Under the pieces are notes generated by a model. The model did no database searches. It was not told where the DNA came from and saw only the letters and a list, made by a program, of their open reading frames with translations. The position numbers were made by a program, and so were the translations under genes. Positions 62,270-64,000 of a stretch of 64,000 bases of DNA are shown one piece after another. Position 1 is the first letter of the stretch; each line of letters begins with the position of its first letter. The stretch covers positions 14,157,884-14,221,883 of the forward strand of contig NC_092371.1 of NCBI RefSeq assembly GCF_030028105.1. The letters run 5' to 3'. The stretch comes from Mobula birostris (Eukaryota).

Positions 62270-62560
62270 GGGACATAGTGAGAGGAGAGGTAGAGTGAGG
62301 CGAGAGAAAGGGAGAGAAAGATAGGAGAAATGGGTGAGAGAGGGAGACGGGTAGAGGCAGACGCAGACACAGAATGGATGGGTAGACGGAAAGGGGGATG
62401 GTGAGAAGGAGAGAGAGATAATGACATACAGGCAGTCATACAGCAGACGGGAAGACACAGCCACAGATATAGAGTGAGATAGAGAAACAGACAAAAGCAG
62501 GGGTTTACAGAGGGACAGAGAGGGATATAGACAAGCTCTCAAACACAGATGTAGTATAGA
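62270..62560 (+). repeat. GA-rich low-complexity tract
   Basis: Purine-rich degenerate (GA)n. Confidence 0.8.
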
Positions 62561-63625
62561 GGGGAACTGCGGATTGCAGTCGACGTTGTTGACCTCCAGA
62601 ATGGTGTTGCCTATTTTGGAGGAAAAAATATCTGAAATGAAGAACGACGCCACCAGAAGGCCGAGTAGATTTGGTGGGCTAATATGATAAAATTAAGATA
62701 TAAATGTCTGTATCGCTGTTTTAATTAAATTTATTACATGTCAGGGAAATATATCGAAACCTAACAAATGGGTGAGTACAAGCCAATAGCCATCAAACAC
62801 TCATCATTCTCCCGGATTTAGCTATTAGCCCCTCGAGGCGGATCAATAGACCAAGATCTGGGCCTCTACACCTCCTTGTGCAACAGGATCCTGGATTTCC
62901 TTACTGGCAGAACCCAGTCAGTACGCATTGACAGCAACATCTCTTCCACAATCACCATCAGCACAAAATTGTTTCTTGATCCTAAACTGATTAGGGTGTT
63001 TTTCGAAAATAAACCATAGGATCATAAGATAGAGGAGCAGAGTCAGGCCATTCTGCCCATCGGTCCTGCTCCACTATTCCGTCATGGTTGATTTATTATC
63101 CATCTCAACCCCATTCTCCTGTAATCTTTGAAGTCCTCACTAGTCAAGTACAGACCAATCTCTGCTCTAAATATACCCAACGAGTTGACTTACGCAGACG
63201 TCTGTGGCAATGAATTCCACAGATTCACCACCCTCTGGCTAAATTGTCTATTCCTAGACTCCCTCAGCAGGGTCCTGCACATGTCTTTATCTGTGCATAT
63301 GATAAGCTTTTCAACCAAAACAATGGATCCGATAGGACAGGGGAATTGTTTCTGGAGCCCGAGTCGCAGTTACCAAATATTCAAAACAGGGAACAAAGAA
63401 GATTTTTTTGCAGGAGGTTGTGATCAGGAACTAAAGACCAAATGCTCTGGAATATTTTCAATAAGCAGTACGTTGAACAATACAGCACAGGAACATGCCC
63501 TTCGGCCCACAATGTGTCCGCCAAACACAGTGGCAAAATAAACTAATTGTCGACTGCCTGAACGTGATCCGTGTACATTATATTAATGTTTTTGTCCAAC
63601 AGACTCCTAAACGCCGCTGTCATAA

Positions 63626-63797
63626 ACGCAGGAGGTTCTGGAGATACTGGAAAACCTGAGTAAAATACACAAAATGCTGGATGAAATCAGTAGGCCAGGC
63701 AGCAACTGTGGAATGAAATAATTAAACGTTGACTGATCATTCCCCTCCATACATGCTACCTGACCTTCTCAGTTCCTCCAGCATTTTGTGTGTGTGT
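63626..63797. mobile_element. Inverted pair of Penelope-derived repeat arms with collapsed hammerhead core
   Basis: Left arm (minus) 63626-63722, right arm (plus) 63724-63797. Only AAACGTTGACTG of the core remains. Confidence 0.6.
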
Positions 63798-64000
63798 TAT
63801 TCTTAAACATCACTATCGTATCTGCGTCGATTATCTCCTCCGACAGCCCGTACAAGGCACCCCTCACTCTATGTGTAAAAAGCCTGCCCTACATATCTCA
63901 TTTAAACTTCCTTCAATCTCATCTTAAATCCCCTAGCATTAGGCAATCTCATTCTGCGTTCTATTAAGTCTCGGCCTCTCACTATCTTTCAAGTTTTGAG

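Noticed and set aside
62255-62653. Minus ORF with an acceptor-like TTTCAG and a J-like stretch (GNTILEVN)
   Set aside because: No FGxG, no donor and no RSS. The rest of the ORF is low-complexity CT sequence.

Overview
Elasmobranch genomic DNA, probably a ray or skate (inferred from the Ig genes and repeat families). The window holds two tandem, same-orientation immunoglobulin light-chain clusters of the cartilaginous-fish sigma-cart (type I / NS5) isotype, about 45.5 kb apart. Each is Leader - germline-joined VJ - C, with no RSS between V and J. Cluster 1 (3826-6350) is a pseudogene with a nonsense codon in FR2, a GT>AT J donor and a 5-nt frameshift in C. Cluster 2 (49326-51635) is an intact 243-aa ORF but has Leu instead of Phe in the J FGxG motif. 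The duplicated unit covers at least 1-8163 and about 43861-53358. The spacer and right flank are mostly retroelement debris: CR1, Rex1/Babar, L1 (one with a twin-priming inversion), Penelope-like sequence with degenerate hammerhead ribozyme motifs, solo LTRs with TSDs, a miniature LTR element, SINE, Tc1 and RTE fragments. The most interesting unexplained signals are: an orphan, textbook B-cell/light-chain-type promoter at about 28421-28528 with a possible decayed V-J relic behind it; an inverted pair of promoter/first-exon-like cassettes at about 13.3-13.8 kb and 38.9-39.2 kb; a near-invariant kB/CRE island 3' of both C exons; and CDR-focused multi-nucleotide divergence between the two germline-joined V genes. 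Repeat boundaries and identity values are hand estimates.
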